A DNA stretch of 64,000 bases from Octopus vulgaris (GCA_951406725.2 OX597815.1:207886001-207950000), one strand, 5' to 3'; shown: positions 10,110 to 24,026, counted from the first letter of the stretch. Notes: a model not told the origin generated them from the letters alone. A program made the numbers and translations.

Positions 10110-10510
10110 AGGTGCAAACGTAGCCATGTAGTTAAGAAGCCTGCTTCCTAACTATGAAGTCTTAGATTCTAGGTTCGGTCCCACAGCCCAGTACCTTGGG
10201 TGAGTCCCTTCTACTCTGGCCCCAGGCTGACCAAAGCCTTATCAGTAGATTTGGTAAACAGAAAATAGAAGAAGCCCATCATGTATGTGTGTATATATTG
10301 TTCATTTTTTACTTGTTTGAGTCACTAGACTGTGGCCACACTGGAGCACAACCTTCAAAAGTTTTAGCGGAATGAATCGATGCCAATACTTATCTTTTTT
10401 TAAAACCTGGTACACTTATTCTATTAGTCTTTTTTGCTGAACAGCTAAGTTATGGGGATGTAAACACACCAACACTGGTTGTCAAGTGGTGGTAGGGGTC
10501 AAACACAGAC
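10110..10510. mobile_element. Two degenerate SINE family B fragments (head on plus, tail on minus)
   Basis: gtagttaagaagc...ccttgggtgagt...ttggtaaacagaaa then cttgtttgagtca...tgtggccacactggagcac. Confidence 0.65.
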
Positions 10511-10619
10511 ACAAAGACTCACCCACATAGATTTACATAGCATACAACCCCCCACCACACATCATTGTCATCATCATCATCATCTTCATCATCCTCATCA
10601 TTATCACAATCGTCATCCT

Positions 10620-11720
10620 CGTTGTCGTCAGCATCATTTAACGTCCATTCTCCATGCTGGCATCGTTGGATGACTTAACAGGAATAGGCCAGCTGGAGAG
10701 CTGCCTGGGCTCCATTTTGTCTATTTTGGCGTTGATTCTGTGGCTAGATGCCCTTCCAAATCTGACCACTTTACAGAGTGTACTGGACACTTTTAACGTG
10801 ACACCGGCTTCAGAATTTTGACATGGCACTGGTGTGAACACTTTGATGTGTCACCGGCATAGGTGCTTTGATGTGGCACAGGTCAGGCACGTAGCCACGG
10901 GGGTGGGGGACTATGGGGTGCTCAGCACCCCCATTTAGAATCTCAGCCCCACCCCACCCCAGTATGAGAATTTGTTTTATCCACTTTTGAAATAATACAT
11001 TGTCAATGCCTTCTTTTTTCTCATAAGTATTATCTGAAGTCGTTAAAGATGCAATAAATTGAATTTCTTTTGATATAGTAGTTAGTGATATGAAAACGTG
11101 GGTAAATTAGAGCTGGTCTAAAGACCCTTAGGAAAAAAGCCCCCTAAGACAAGAGCCTCTCAAACAAACTCCACCCCATAGTTAAAGTATGTAAGTCCTT
11201 TGTTTTTTTTACAACCGCGGTTTCTGTTTTTGTTTATTTGAAATTTATAAAAATAGTGTTTAAAGATTTGGCTGTTATCTCTAGCGTGTTGAAAGACTTT
11301 TTAGGCTTAACTTTGTGCTTGTTGAAAATCATTAAAAAAAATATTGGAGTCGATACATTCGACTAAAAATTCTTTGAGGTGATGCCCCAGCATGGCCTCA
11401 GTTTAATGACTGCAACAAGTAAAAGGAAAATAAAAACGAAATATATCAAGTTTTGACCAGGTCAGGCGTCAAGAAATGTAAAAAAAAGGAAAAAAACTTT
11501 AAAAAATAACCGAAAAATATAAGCATGGGGCTTTCGTCCACTTTCACACTTTATGTAGGGGCTTTTGTCCGTACCCCTGTTCAGTACCCCCAGCTATCAA
11601 GATAGCACCCCCAGTTGCAATCGGCTGGCTACATGGCTGGCACAGGTGCTTTTACGTGGCACTGACATGGGTGCTTTTATGTGGCACTGTCATGGGTGCT
11701 TTTGCATGGCACTGGCACAG
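10620..11720 (-). mobile_element. RTE 3'-end derivative with about 23-bp gtggcac repeats, interrupted by a hAT MITE
   Basis: tttaacgtccattctccatgctggcat...gatgcccttcc...; the repeats resume at 11640. Confidence 0.7.
10884..11639. mobile_element. hAT-like non-autonomous element
   Basis: 8-bp TSD gcacaggt (10876-10883, 11640-11647); TIR caggcacgtagcca / tggctacatggctg (12/14). Confidence 0.85.
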
Positions 11721-11737
11721 ACGTTTTCGCGTGACAG

Positions 11738-12110
11738 GGAGCTGGCAGAATCATTAGCACACAAGACAAAATACTTAGCAGTTTTTCTTCCAGCTTACAT
11801 TCTGAGTTCAAATTGCACTGAGGTTGACTTTTGTCTTACATTCTCTCACGGTTGATAAAATTAGTACCAGTCAAGCACTGGGGTTAATGTAATTGACTAA
11901 CCTTCACCCACTTCTTAAAATTTCAGGCTTTGTGCCTATTGTAGACAGAATATTAATATTGAATTTTTTTGAGTTCAAATTCAGATGAGGTCAACTTTGC
12001 CTTTCATCTTTTTGGGGTCAATAAATTAAGTACCAGTTGTGTACTGGGTTGATCTAATCAACTGGCACCCCTCCCTACAAATTTCAGGCCTTGTGCCTAA
12101 AGTAGAAAAG
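11738..12110 (+). mobile_element. Two tandem SINE family A copies (second 5'-truncated)
   Basis: gagctggcagaatcattagc...; second starts gagttcaaatt at about 11971. Confidence 0.75.
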
Positions 12111-14151
12111 AATATTAATAACAATAATAAAACTCCTCAAATTCTTTAGTAGTTTCCTAAATTATACAGATGAGTTGAAAAGAATATTAATATTAAATTT
12201 CTTGGACATTAATAAATTCCATAAAATCTTATAGTTCTAATCAGCAGTTAAATGAATGTGTCTATTAGAATGCCAATCTTAACAAAATGGTACAATGAAG
12301 CAAGCAGGATAAAAAGTAGCCAATATTTTATCTTGATATACAGATATTAACAGCCAAATTGAACATTGGATTATACTTGAAACCCTTTCTTGATGTATTT
12401 ACTATAAATAAAAAAATATGTAAATAAATATGATTTCAGTGGAAACGGTATAACATATCTCAAGAAACATATAATTTTAGATCAAAGTGCAAGAATTAAG
12501 TGAAGAGCATTCTTTCGATTGCTCTTACATAGATCATAGCTGCATATGTGTAAGTACTGGCATCCAAATAATTGTCAAGCAATGTAAGAATGAAGAATTG
12601 TTCAAGTCAACCATTAATTATAGCTTTTATATCTTTGCATGAGACACTTTATTGCCTAATATATTACCACTCAGTCGAACCATTCTTTGAGACATAAAAA
12701 TAGCTTAATATTACTTTTATGATAATAGCAATTTACTACGTTTTTCACTTGTTGCTTTCTTCCAACGGTCTTAATATCAGGTTAACTCTGATGTTATTAA
12801 TAAGAGGTTCTATGCGATTGCATTCATAAGAAAAATGTAGGTGATGATGATAATGATGATGATGATGACAAGGATGACAATGGTAGTGATGATGATAATG
12901 ATGATGATGACGACAACCATGTTGATAATGACAATGATACATCAATTTACGGTTGAAGATTAGTTTATGAATTTAATATTTTAATGCCCAATATCAATTA
13001 TGTAGGATGTGTCCTGCTGTATCAATTGATATACTGATTGGTACACTGTATTATAACTACACTAGTATAATTACAATACCATCTTCTCATTGTTATTCTT
13101 AATTTCAATATGGCAGTTATAATTCTGTAGTGACAGTATTCTAATGTAAAATCGAATTCCTGTACATATTTCAAGACATATTTCAAAGTTCATTCATAGC
13201 TTTCTTCATATCTACATTTATTTATCAGAATCTGAATAAATATTTCATAAAATTCAAAATAAAGTTTAGTGACTTCAGAATTTTCAATTATTTACAAACT
13301 TATTATAATTATTGATTATTCTTCTTCCTCCTAACATGGTTCTGCATATACTATTGCTTGTTCTGCTTGTTCTGTTTCATGTACACCAAAAATTTTAGCT
13401 TTTGTTTTTTTTAAAATATTCAAATGATAGATTTGAAGAAGCTCCCATAATTTAAACAGTGTCAGAATAAATATGACACCTTGAAACGAAGCATACTTCC
13501 TAAAATATCAGCTTCACACTACATCTTAGTATTAATTCATGCATCGTCAAAGTGGCAGTAGCTAGCTTTTATAGAATTAATAAAATATGAATGTTATTAT
13601 GTTCCCACTTGTGAAAAGTCTCAATGATTAAAAAGCCTGAACTGGGAAGCTTTTTGAATATTGTTTTAACATTGGGTTAACTTTGCATTAATGACAAACT
13701 TCTGGGAAGAAAAGCGAAGAAGTTTAAATGGAAAATGTATATTTATAAATAAATGATTGCATTATTAATTATGGACTTGAACAAAGTAATATGAAGGATT
13801 TTGTTGCTGTTTGTGTAGTTAAGAAGCTTGCTTTGCCATGACATGGCTTTGGGTACAGTCCCACAGTCTGCCACCTTAAGCGTCTTCTACTATAGCTCTG
13901 GGCTGACCAATGCTCTATGATCGAATTTGGTTCCCAGAAATATTGAGGTAGTTTGTCTGTCTGTCACTCACACATATACATACATACATGCATTCATTCA
14001 TTCATTCATTCATACATACATACTTACATATATACATACATAATGGCTGCCCCCTCGTCATCGAATATGGCCATTGCACAAGGCTTAACTGTTATCGGTG
14101 CTATAATCAGATGTGACTTTTTAGCCCAGCTAAAGATCTACAATGTCTTCT

Positions 14152-14560
14152 TATGCTCTTCCACAGAAAGGAACACAGAAAGAAAGAAGGAGAGAAAATA
14201 AAGAATGTGTAGTGGCTAGTGATCTATCATGGTGAATGCCGGACAGAGGGGTCACACAGGCGAGCTAGAAAGAAGGGGAGGTAATAAAGTAGTGGTGATC
14301 CCAAAATGAAGGTGCATGTGCATGTGTATAAGAGAGCATGTATGTGCATGTGGAAGGGGGCTGGTGACCTTGATGTGTGTGTATGTGTAGGTGTGTAGAT
14401 GATGGTGTGGGGCTGGGAAGTGGTCAGTGCTAGTGTGTGCGTGGTAGTGTGATGTGATGTCGTGTCGTGTGGTATGGTGTGGTGGTATTAGGATGTGGAG
14501 GAGGCGAGAGTGGGGAAAGCAAGGGTGGGGTGTGGGTTAGGTTGAGGATGGGGGTAGGAT
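14152..14560 (-). mobile_element. Penelope-like terminal repeat fragment with truncated hammerhead-like motif
   Basis: Minus strand ccatgatagatcactagccactacac...cctttctgtggaagagcata matches 51038-51118. Confidence 0.55.
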
Positions 14561-14734
14561 GGATATAATACCCAGGCAGATACCGAATTTCTCTATGTAA
14601 AATGCCAAGGCTGTTTCCATCAGATGGTGGGTGTTTTATGGTAAATTTCTTTTAACTCCCATCTGATGTTATAGTTTTTTCCAGATACTTTGAGTGTACT
14701 CTACTCTCTCTCTCTCTGTATATATATATATATG

Positions 14735-15190
14735 AAGGAGTGCTGATCTCTCAAAATAGCTGGAACTCATGGAAGAGGGTGACTCAGGATTTAGGAAGAT
14801 ATAGGATGAAGTACTGAAGGATGACCTCAAGACACTGATCCTTTCGAACGACATGACAAAAGACCAAGATACTTGTCCCCTTACTCAAGAATACCTGTCC
14901 TCCACAGCTGAAGTGCTAAGGTTGCATCCTCTGGTGAAGAGGATTAGCCTGCTAGAGTCCTGCACCAGGGTCACGTAAAAAGCACTCATGTTGGTGCCAC
15001 ATAAAAGTGCTAAAAGCAGTGCCATGTTAAAAGCACCCAGCACACACTGTAAAGTGGTTGGCATTAGGCTGGGAATTCAGCCATAGAAACCAAGAACCTG
15101 GTGCAGTTCCCCAGCTTGTTAGCTCAGATCAAACCATCCAACCCATGCCAGCATACAAAAATGGATGTTAAAGGATGATGCTGATAATGA
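14735..15190 (+). mobile_element. Old RTE LINE 3' fragment
   Basis: Degenerate DEVLKDDLKTL...MTKDQD coding end, then aagtggttggcattagg...acccatgccagcat...gatgat tail. Confidence 0.65.
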
Positions 15191-15225
15191 TATTGAATAC
15201 AACTAAAAAAGATACTTCACACAAT

Positions 15226-15457
15226 TTAACTCTTTTGGTATAAACCCACTTGAGGCCAGCCCTTGTTTTATGATGTAACTTACTGTTTTATAGACACTTT
15301 AATTAAAAAAGAAATTTCACAAAATTCCATGTTAATTAATGTTTCAAACACCAGGTTAACAATAACAAAATTACTTTACTCAAATTTTCATTATTTTAAG
15401 AATTAATTGAAACAAAAGCAATGTATTTTGACAGAAATATAGAAATAAAAAAGTTAG
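15226..15457. mobile_element. piggyBac-like MITE (family 2), degenerate
   Basis: ttaactctttt...aaaaaagttag ends; 3' half matches 25770-25815 plus 26260-26329, which ends aaagggttaa. Confidence 0.45.
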
Positions 15458-15633
15458 ATATTTTCATAAACAAAATGGTGTTTTGTTAATGAATTGCTCC
15501 TTATTGTAAATGTATATTAATTAATAAGTAAACAAATCGCTGTACATGAAGAAATACACTCAAGCTCAAAGGTACACAGACTCATCTGTATAATTTAGGA
15601 AGCTACTAACGAATTTGAGGTGTCGTGTTATTG

Positions 15634-15894
15634 CTCTTTTACTCTTTTACTGGTTTTGGTCATTTGACTGTGGCCAAGCTGGAGCACTGCCTTTAGATGA
15701 CCAAATTGACCCCAGGACTTATTCTTTGTAAGCCTAGTACTTATTCTATCCATCTCTGTTGCTGAACTGCTAAGTTACGGGAACATAAACACACCAGCAT
15801 CGGTTGTCAAGCGATGTTGGGGGGACAAACACAGTCACACAAATGTATACACACACATACTTATATACATATATATATATACATATACATATAC

Positions 15895-15937
<43 letters not shown>

Positions 15938-16134
15938 TATATATATATATATACACACATATATATATATATGACGAGCTTCTTTCAGTTTCCGTCTACC
16001 AAATCCACTCACAAGGCTTTGGTCGGCCTGAGGTTATAGTAGAAGACACTTGCCCAAGGTGCCACACAGTGGGACTGAACCCGGAACCATGTGGTTCGTA
16101 AGCAAGCTACTTACCACACAGTCACTCCTACACC
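15634..16134 (-). mobile_element. SINE family B (tRNA head, CORE-like box, internal TA/TG microsatellite; octopus OR2-like)
   Basis: A box gtgactgtgtggtaag, B box ggttcagtcc, CORE-like ccttgggcaagtgtctt, (gtaaaaga)n tail. Confidence 0.88.
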
Positions 16135-16224
16135 TATAAATGATGAACAACCTTAATGGATTTACGAGCCTTATTGTGTTGTCATCAGAGGTGTCTACAT
16201 GCAGACAATATTGCTATTAATATT

Positions 16225-16570
16225 CTTTTCTATTCTAGGCACAAGGCCCGAAATTTTTAGGAAGGGGGTTCAGTCGATTAGATTGACCCGAGTACACAAC
16301 TGGTGCTTAATTTATTGACCCTGAGAGGATGAAAGGCAAAGTCGACCATGGTAAAATTTGAACTCAGAACGTAAAGACAGGAAATACTGCTAAGCATTTT
16401 TGCCGACGTCCTAACGTTTCTGCCAGCTCTCTGTTATTAATATTGTTATTAATATTGTTGCTATTTCTTTAAGGTGGTGAGCTGGCAGAGTCGTTAGCAT
16501 GCCATGCAAAATGTTGCTAAGCATTTTGTCTGTCTTCCCATTCTGAGTTCAAATTCTGTCGAGAATCAAA
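16225..16570. mobile_element. SINE family A copy (minus) and head fragment (plus)
   Basis: Matches to family A in both orientations. Confidence 0.7.
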
Positions 16571-18187
16571 CTTCTTGCTGCAATTTGTCCCTTTTGCCAC
16601 CAGCTTCTAATATTTTTGTCTCTACAACTAGCTCTATGAGACCGTATTTTCAGGTACAAATACATCTAACTATTTTCTATCTTTTATATTAATGGATCGG
16701 GAAATTACTTCCCCTGCTGGAGGTCTATAATTAGTTGCAGGTTTAGTTTACACTGGAAATTATTACATTTCAACTTCTGAGTGTAAACTCTTTAGCTACA
16801 GAAGGTGAGTATAAGGAAGAATATGGAATGAGGATGGGAAAATGGGAAGGTGTTGGTTCATTGGAGTGTGAGAGGAAAGTGAAAGGTGGTTAGAGATAAG
16901 AGTAGAGGTTAATGTATGAATGATGAACAGGGTGGAGATGTAGCCAAGGGTACATTTCAGTATTGGGGAGAAGGTAAAAGAAATAACTCCTGAAAGAAGT
17001 GATACGTGGCTGGTAAGGAAGGATGGGAAATTACAATATAATAAACTTGTAGATAGACCAGGAAATAGAGAAAGCTTGTAGATAGATCAGAAGGGAAAAT
17101 CCTTTGTTGTTTCCAGAGGAAGAAATTATTTTACTTTCAAATAAAATCTGCTTTGTTGGTGTTAACTCCCTCATCGAGAGAAATATGCATGATAGAAGTT
17201 TACAGACAGCTTTAGACTTTAACATGAAGACTTTGAACGTAATAGTATAAAGTGGAAGACAAATGCTTCTATAGCTCTCAAAATTATTTTCTAAATTTGC
17301 CTTATCATAAAGAGATCATAAAACTGATGAATTATCATCAGAAATAAATCCTACAAAGCATATTAATCTATATTAATTGCATTCTTGTATCCATAACAGG
17401 AGAAATAAAATTGCTTATTTTGGATGTATATATTTTCCTATGTGTTTCTTTCAATAGATGATACTGGTTTTATGATATGTGATTTCAAATTGCATGAAAT
17501 ATAGCTTATATCACATTCTACCACAAAGCAAAGTAGTATATCAAATAATACAATAGAAATTCCTTTACTGCCTTTTACAGAAATATGATGCATACATTAA
17601 ACTTCAGCTTGATAGAGTATTAAAAGTTAAGTACAGAAAATAAAATTGATCAGATAGCATAAAGCAATAAATTAGAGGAAAGTAACTGAATGATGTGTGT
17701 TAGATATATGCACTTGGCATCAGAGGTTTTCTGGTCATTCATTCATTTTGAATGCATATAACTATAATTCTATAGTAAAACCTGTTTATAAATCAGCTTG
17801 CTCTTGTTAATAAATACTAAAATCTGAATCCTGAATAGAGGCTTCAATTGCACTGTGGATGGTGGTGTACCATCGATGAGGCACAGAAGATAACTGCTTA
17901 GTAGTCATGTTAGGTAAGATATTCCTGCAGATTGAGAACAATAGAACAGTGGCAGTGTTTTGCTTAGCGTCTTGGGAGATTTGTGCTCTTGAGCTGCTAT
18001 ATTAACCAAACTATATCAATTAGTGATTTAACTTTCAAAGGACAGATTCAGCTGAATAAAAATTAAAAGTTCTTCAGTGTACACATCTGTTTCATTTCAA
18101 TATCATATAATTCACTCTAAATCTGGCTGACACAACTGTATGAAAATCCCCCCCACCACCACCACCATTATCTGCAGCAGCAGCAGT

Positions 18188-18567
18188 GGAGGCACAATGG
18201 TCCAGTGGTTAGGGCAGCGGACTCGCAGTCGGAGGATCGCAGTTTCGATTCCCAGACCAGGCGTTGTGTGTGTTTATTGAGCGAAAACACCTAAAAGCTC
18301 CACGAGGCTCCGGCAGGGGGTGGTGGCAACCCCTGTTGTACTCTTTTGCTTGATCTTTCTCTCACTCTTACTTCCTGTTTCTTGTCCCCAACTTCCTACA
18401 CAACCGCTGAGCCTGGATGCGCATCCATCCATCCGTCGATGCTCTCGGTGTCGGGGGTTGACCTGCTTTCTCTTCTGCGGGTCTTATGAATAGCAAAGGA
18501 CCACGTTTCAGACTTCTCCTACTACATCTGGGACGAAGACCACTTCACTCAACGAAAGAACAAACAA
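18188..18567 (+). mobile_element. tRNA-derived SINE family C (OR1-like head) with alternative 3' tail
   Basis: ggaggcacaatggtccagtggttagg (A box), gtttcgattcc (B box); flanked by (gca)n; tail differs from the 29040 and 34871 copies. Confidence 0.85.
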
Positions 18568-19304
18568 GCAGCAGCAGCTTTATTTATTGTCGATCTGTCA
18601 TGCTGGCATGGGTTGGATTATTCAACAAGATCCAGGGAGATGGAGTACAGTACTAAATGCCGATGTCTGTTTCTGTGTTGTTTCTACAGCTGGATGTTCT
18701 CCTAATGACAACCACTCTACGGAGTGAGCTGGGTGCTTTTTTTCATGAAACTGACACCAGTGAAGTTGTCATATAACATGCAAAGCAAAGAAAAAGAAGT
18801 GGACCCTCTCAACTGCATGGGGTAGTAGCTGATGGGGAGGTGGATTTATACCAGGTGTTGAGAGACTAAAGTATGAAAGAGAGACAGACATAGGTGTCTT
18901 GCTATAGAAGAGGTACATGGTTACCTCACATTATATAAAAGTGGGTGGGAATAGTTGGAAAGAAGATACAGGTCTTGTGATGAAGTATCAGAGCATATAT
19001 ACTCTCAATGCATAAGAAGAGTAGAAGAGAGAATACGGTCTGAGTATGGGGAGATGTAGGTGGATAAATTCATAGGAGAATAATACCATGTGGATAGAGA
19101 TGAGGGTAGAGGTTAATGTGGTGAATAATGAATATGGGGTAAAGTGTGGAGAAGGTAAAAGAAATAGCCCAGGAAGGAGAGGGTGGTAAGTGGCAGTAGA
19201 GGAAGAGTGGTAGTAGAGCAAAAGTGTAGTAAATCTGTAGGTAGATCAGAAAATAGGGAGATGATGTGTAGGCAGGAGAATGTTGGTGAAAGAGATATAT
19301 TTTA

Positions 19305-19540
19305 ATGTGGTGAGCTGGCAGAAACGTTAGCATGCCGGGCGAAATGCTTAACAGTATTTCGTCTGCTGCTACATTTTGAGTTCAAATTCTGCCGAGGCTG
19401 ACTTTGCCTTTCATCCTTTCGGGGTCGATTAAATAAGTACCAGTTATGCATTGGGGTAAATATAATCGACTTAATCTGTTTGTCTGACATTGTTTGTCCT
19501 CCTCTGTGTTTAGTCCCTTGAGGGTAGTAAAGAAATAAGA
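19305..19540 (+). mobile_element. SINE family A copy (tRNA-like head, Meta/MESC-like central box)
   Basis: gagctggcagaaacgttagcatgccgggcgaaat...gcctttcatcctttcggggtcgat. Confidence 0.88.
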
Positions 19541-19703
19541 GATATATAAGGACAGAGACAGAAGTCAAAGTTATGTCATGGTGGCTATAGTGACTGGGGA
19601 ACAATGGTAGGTTGGAAACATTGATGGTAGGTATGAGAAGATATTGAAAGTGCAAGTAGACATGAGTGTGTGTTAAAGATGAGGATGGTAGTCTTAAGAT
19701 ATA

Positions 19704-20181
19704 CCATAAATCCTCGAGTATAGTCTGCCCTTGAGTATAATATGCAGGGGATTTTTAGGGGGCTGTACCTCTGAAAAACCTAAACCTAGTGTATAATATG
19801 CACCCCATCTCTAACTTGAGTCAAGGACGTCTATATAACGTCCTTGGTTTGTAAAAATGTATATGGTAACGTCCTTTATTATTATTGTATATATAACATA
19901 ATGCAAACGTGTAGCTTTTTTGTGCATTTTGTTTGCAGAAAATAAAGAAATAACAGTAATAACGTTTAATAAATGTTGCTTACTGCAAGTTATAAATGAT
20001 TCTTTTATGACTTTATTGCTTTCAGGCTTAGCTTAAGGTATTTTCGTGCCCGACATCACAAAATGCATCTAAATTTACATTGCCGGACAGCAAATAGAGA
20101 CTTGGATATTGCTTAGAAAATAATTTTCATTTTTAACCTCATATATAGTGCGCACTAGGGATTATACTCGAGGATTTACGG
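19704..20181. mobile_element. Tc1/mariner-pogo-type MITE
   Basis: TA TSD; 22-bp TIR ccataaatcctcgagtatagtc / gattatactcgaggatttacgg (20/22). Confidence 0.88.
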
Positions 20182-22714
20182 TAGCTTAGGGGAGAGATAG
20201 AAATACCCGAAGGCACAGAAAGTCGTGAACAGTGGAAAATAAAGTGGGAAGAGAAGCTATTGAGAATGGGGAATGGATGTTAAAGGAAGTGGTTCCAGGG
20301 AAACTGGGAGGTAACCAGTAGCATAATGGGGGAAGAAATATGTGTCGATTTGGTAATCATATGATTACAGCAGCTGAGTAGTACCATTGCTAGAAGAATG
20401 ATAAATGGATGATTGTTGGGAAGGTGAGAGGTAGGGAAAACTTGACTGGAACAAAATGGGTGCAGAAGTAGGGTGCAGCAAGGATATAGACATAAATCTA
20501 ACTCTTTTAGGACCTTGTTTTCTTTGTGATAAATGGATCTTATCAAGCATAGCAACATGCCATGCATCTCAGTCTCTTCTCATCTTTTCCCTGAAGCTCA
20601 ACACTTTGAGGTCAGCGTTCACTACTTTATCCCGAGTCTTCCTGGATTTCCCTCTTCCACAAACTCCATTTTAAAGGGATTAGTACTCCTGTATACAGCT
20701 GTAATCATCCAGTCACATCACATGATCATACCAACACAGTCTTCTCTCTTGCAAACTACATCTGATTTTTCATATTCCCAATTTTTCTTTTAACACATTT
20801 GCACTCTGTCATACATGCACAGGAAGGAATTGCATGTCCTTTGAAGCATACTAGCTTAATTCCTTTCTATTTTTTGCATGTCCTCTACGTTCGGTATTAT
20901 ATCCCACCTCTCTCTCTCTCCACATATATAAATATATATATATATATATACGTATGTGTGTGTGTGTGTGTGTGTGTGTGAGTGTGTGTGTGTGTTTGCA
21001 GTGTCTTCACATGGATGTTGTTGATGTTAATGTCTCCCTTAAACAATATTTTCCACAGCTTGGCACTTTCTTCAGTTTCGATGTATGAAGACTGGTGAAA
21101 TGAAAAATGTTTCCTGAAAGGCAAGTAAGGGCTGCTAACAGGAAGGGCATCCAGCCATAGAATACTTCCACAATAAGTCTCTTCTAACCCATGTCAGCAT
21201 GGAAAAAGAATACATAAAAAAATAACAATAAAAATCATTATTCACCCCCGTGACGATATATTTGCAACATTATTAGCTTTAATCATTCAGTTAAGGATGA
21301 AAAGAAACATTAAACCATTCTGGAATGGTTTCTGAAGTAAAAGAATCCATTTCAAAACATTGACATTCTTAATCAATATAGAAGAATATTTAGACACACA
21401 ATGCTGCTTTATAAAATAGAAAGATACTAAAAGCCAAAAATCTTTTTATGAATAGATAAAGAATTTGATGCCCCAATACTGTTTTCTAGAATTAAAAAGC
21501 AGGTGCATTAAGTTTAAACAATAGATTAAATTCAAAGAAGAGAGAGAAAACAGATCTAATAGGTGTTGTAGAATAAAACAAATAAGAAAAGTAAGTATTG
21601 TCTATTAAAAATTTAATCGATTTTACCCTTTCTTCAGCTTCTAAAAAGAATCTAATCGTAAATTATTATGATTTTTACCTAAGTTTATTGATTCCATTTA
21701 TTTCTCTCTTCAGAGCAAAAGCATCCATAGAACTGGAAATTTATTCTGGAGAACAGTAGACTAGGTAGATGAATAAAAAGCGCTGGGTAATTATTGATTT
21801 TTTAAAGTAAACAATCACTATTTATCACTATTGATTTTTAATTGGCAACATTTCTTTATTTCTCTTTGGTTCTGGATGATAATTCAACCTCGAGCGTTTT
21901 GGAAACTCTGTAAGTACAAATACCAATTCAGTAATAATGTTCTTTGATGGCTGATTGTTTTCTACCAGATCTGAAGTGTGTTACACTGTTCCTCAGTTTT
22001 TCTAGTTTGCTTTTTTTATTTGTTTGTTTGTTATTAAAGTACAACTTTAAAGGTAGTTCAGTTTCTACCTTCATTTCTTTTAGTTGAATTCAGTTAACAA
22101 TTAATACACTTTTTTTTTTCCCTGAGTTACTCTCAAATAATGCATCGCTGAAATAGTTTTCTAACATTATAAAGATTTAAATGAGAGAGAGCTTTTATAA
22201 TTAGTAAAAAAAACAAACACCCAAAATATAAAAAAAAAAAATACACATGATGAAAAATAATTCAGGATTTGGTTTAACGCAATTAAATTTTCAATAAATA
22301 CATCATAGTTTGATTGTCAACATTCATTGTTTTCATATTTTGGTCAGAAAGATTTATGTAAATAAAGGTTTCTATTTCTATGTCATTATCAAAATAACAA
22401 TGAAGAGAATTGAATACTGCATGTAATAGGAAGTTTCCTTTCAAAATATTAGACAAAACCGGAAAAAAAAAAAAAAGGAAATCTATCTAATCTATTTACA
22501 TAAGTTTTTGTTTTTAATATATACCCAGCCCAAACAAATATTTTAATGGCAATTATCTAAGAGGAAATTTTATTTACATTATTTACATTTTCATTTCTGA
22601 TTCTATTTATATGAAAGGATAAACCTATAACTTCAGAGCATTAAATATTACTGATTCCATATTCATTGATATGTGGTATCCTTAAGTCTATTGCAAATAT
22701 CACTGTTCAATATA

Positions 22715-22875
22715 CTCTTTTACTTGTTTCAGTCAACTGACTGTGGCCATGCTGGAGCACCGCCTTTAGTCGAGCAAATCGACCCCTGCCGAACCACTAA
22801 GTTATGAGGACATAGACACACCAGCATCGGTTGTCAGGCGATGCTGGGGGGTCAAACACAGACACACAAACATAT

Positions 22876-22908
<33 letters not shown>

Positions 22909-23482
22909 AACATATATATATGACGGGCTTCTTTTAGTTTCCTTCTACCAAATTCACTCACAAGGATTTGGTTGGCCCGAGACAACAGTAGAAGACGCTT
23001 GCCCAAGGTGTCACGCGATGGGACTGAACCCAGAACCATGAGGTTCGTAAGCAAGCTACTTACCACACAGCCACTCCTGTGTCTATATACTCTTTTACTC
23101 TTTTACTTGTTTCAGCCATTTGACTGCGGCCATGCTGGAGCACCGCCTTTAGTCGAGCAAATCGACCCCGGGACTTATTCTTTGTAAGCCCAGTACTTAT
23201 TCTATCGGTCTCTTTTGCCGAACCGCTAAGTGACGGGGATGTAAACACACCAGCATCGGTTGTCAAGCAATGCTAGGGGGACAAACACACACACACACAT
23301 ATATATATATACATATATACGACAGGCTTCTTTCAGTTTCCGTCTACCAAGTCCACTCACAAGGCATTGGTCGGCCCGGGGCTATAGCAGAAGACACTTG
23401 CCCAAGATGCCACGCAGTGGGACTGAACCCGGAACCATGTGGTTGGTTAGCAAGCTACTTACCACACAGCCACGCCTGCGCC
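22715..23482 (-). mobile_element. Two tandem SINE family B copies (22715-23083 with internal deletion; 23090-23482)
   Basis: Two head-body-tail units in the same orientation. Confidence 0.9.
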
Positions 23483-23792
23483 TATGCTTAGCATTAAGAT
23501 ATAATAGTACTTTCTGAATATTTGCTCGTTTAAAGAGACAGTTTTTCTTTATTAGCATGAAGAAAAAAATTTTCATTATTCCATGCTATTGATTTATTTA
23601 CTTATTTTGCAATATTGAAATTTCAAGCTGAAAGTTGCTAGAATATTGTTTGGAAATAAATTCTAATTTAAAACAGTGCATATTTTAGTCTTGCACACTT
23701 GACTAGATTTCTAGTACCTGGTTTAGAATAGATGACAGAACAATAGTTGTACACTATTGGCAATATGATAATATGATATTTGCCCTTCATGT

Positions 23793-24026
23793 GAAGGCGG
23801 CGAGCTGGCAGAAATGTTAGCACGCTGGGCGAAATGTGTAGCCATATTTCGTCTGCCGTTATGTTCTGAGTTCAAATTCTACCGAGGTCGACTTTGCCTT
23901 TCATCCTTTCGGGGGTCGATAAATTAAGTACCAGTTACGCACTGGGGTTGATGTAATCGACTTAATCCATTTATCTGTCCTTGTTTGTCCCCTCTATGTT
24001 TAGCCCCTTGTGGGTAATAAAGAACA
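23793..24026 (+). mobile_element. SINE family A copy, young
   Basis: 18-bp TSD gatatttgccct(t/c)catgt (23775-23792, 24027-24044). Confidence 0.92.

Larger units (their letters stand above)
18590..20890 (-). mobile_element. Old RTE LINE 3' portion carrying nested SINE and MITE insertions
   Basis: Minus strand 20530-20760 decodes to degenerate RLCWYDHVM...CGRGKSRKT...DLKVL...MRRD..W, homologous to 6760-6960; terminal catgctggcatgggttgga at 18600; continuity of the middle is inferred. Confidence 0.6.

Noticed and set aside
16148-16195. Hammerhead-like ACCU-CUGAUGA...AGGU on the minus strand
   Set aside because: No stem II pairing and GUAAA instead of GAAA
17838-17912. AG...GTAAGA-bounded segment
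   Set aside because: Stops in all three frames and a weak acceptor
23260-23517. Recurrent ORFs such as MSSNARGTN... and MLGGQTQ...
   Set aside because: Antisense translations of family B SINE copies, not a gene family
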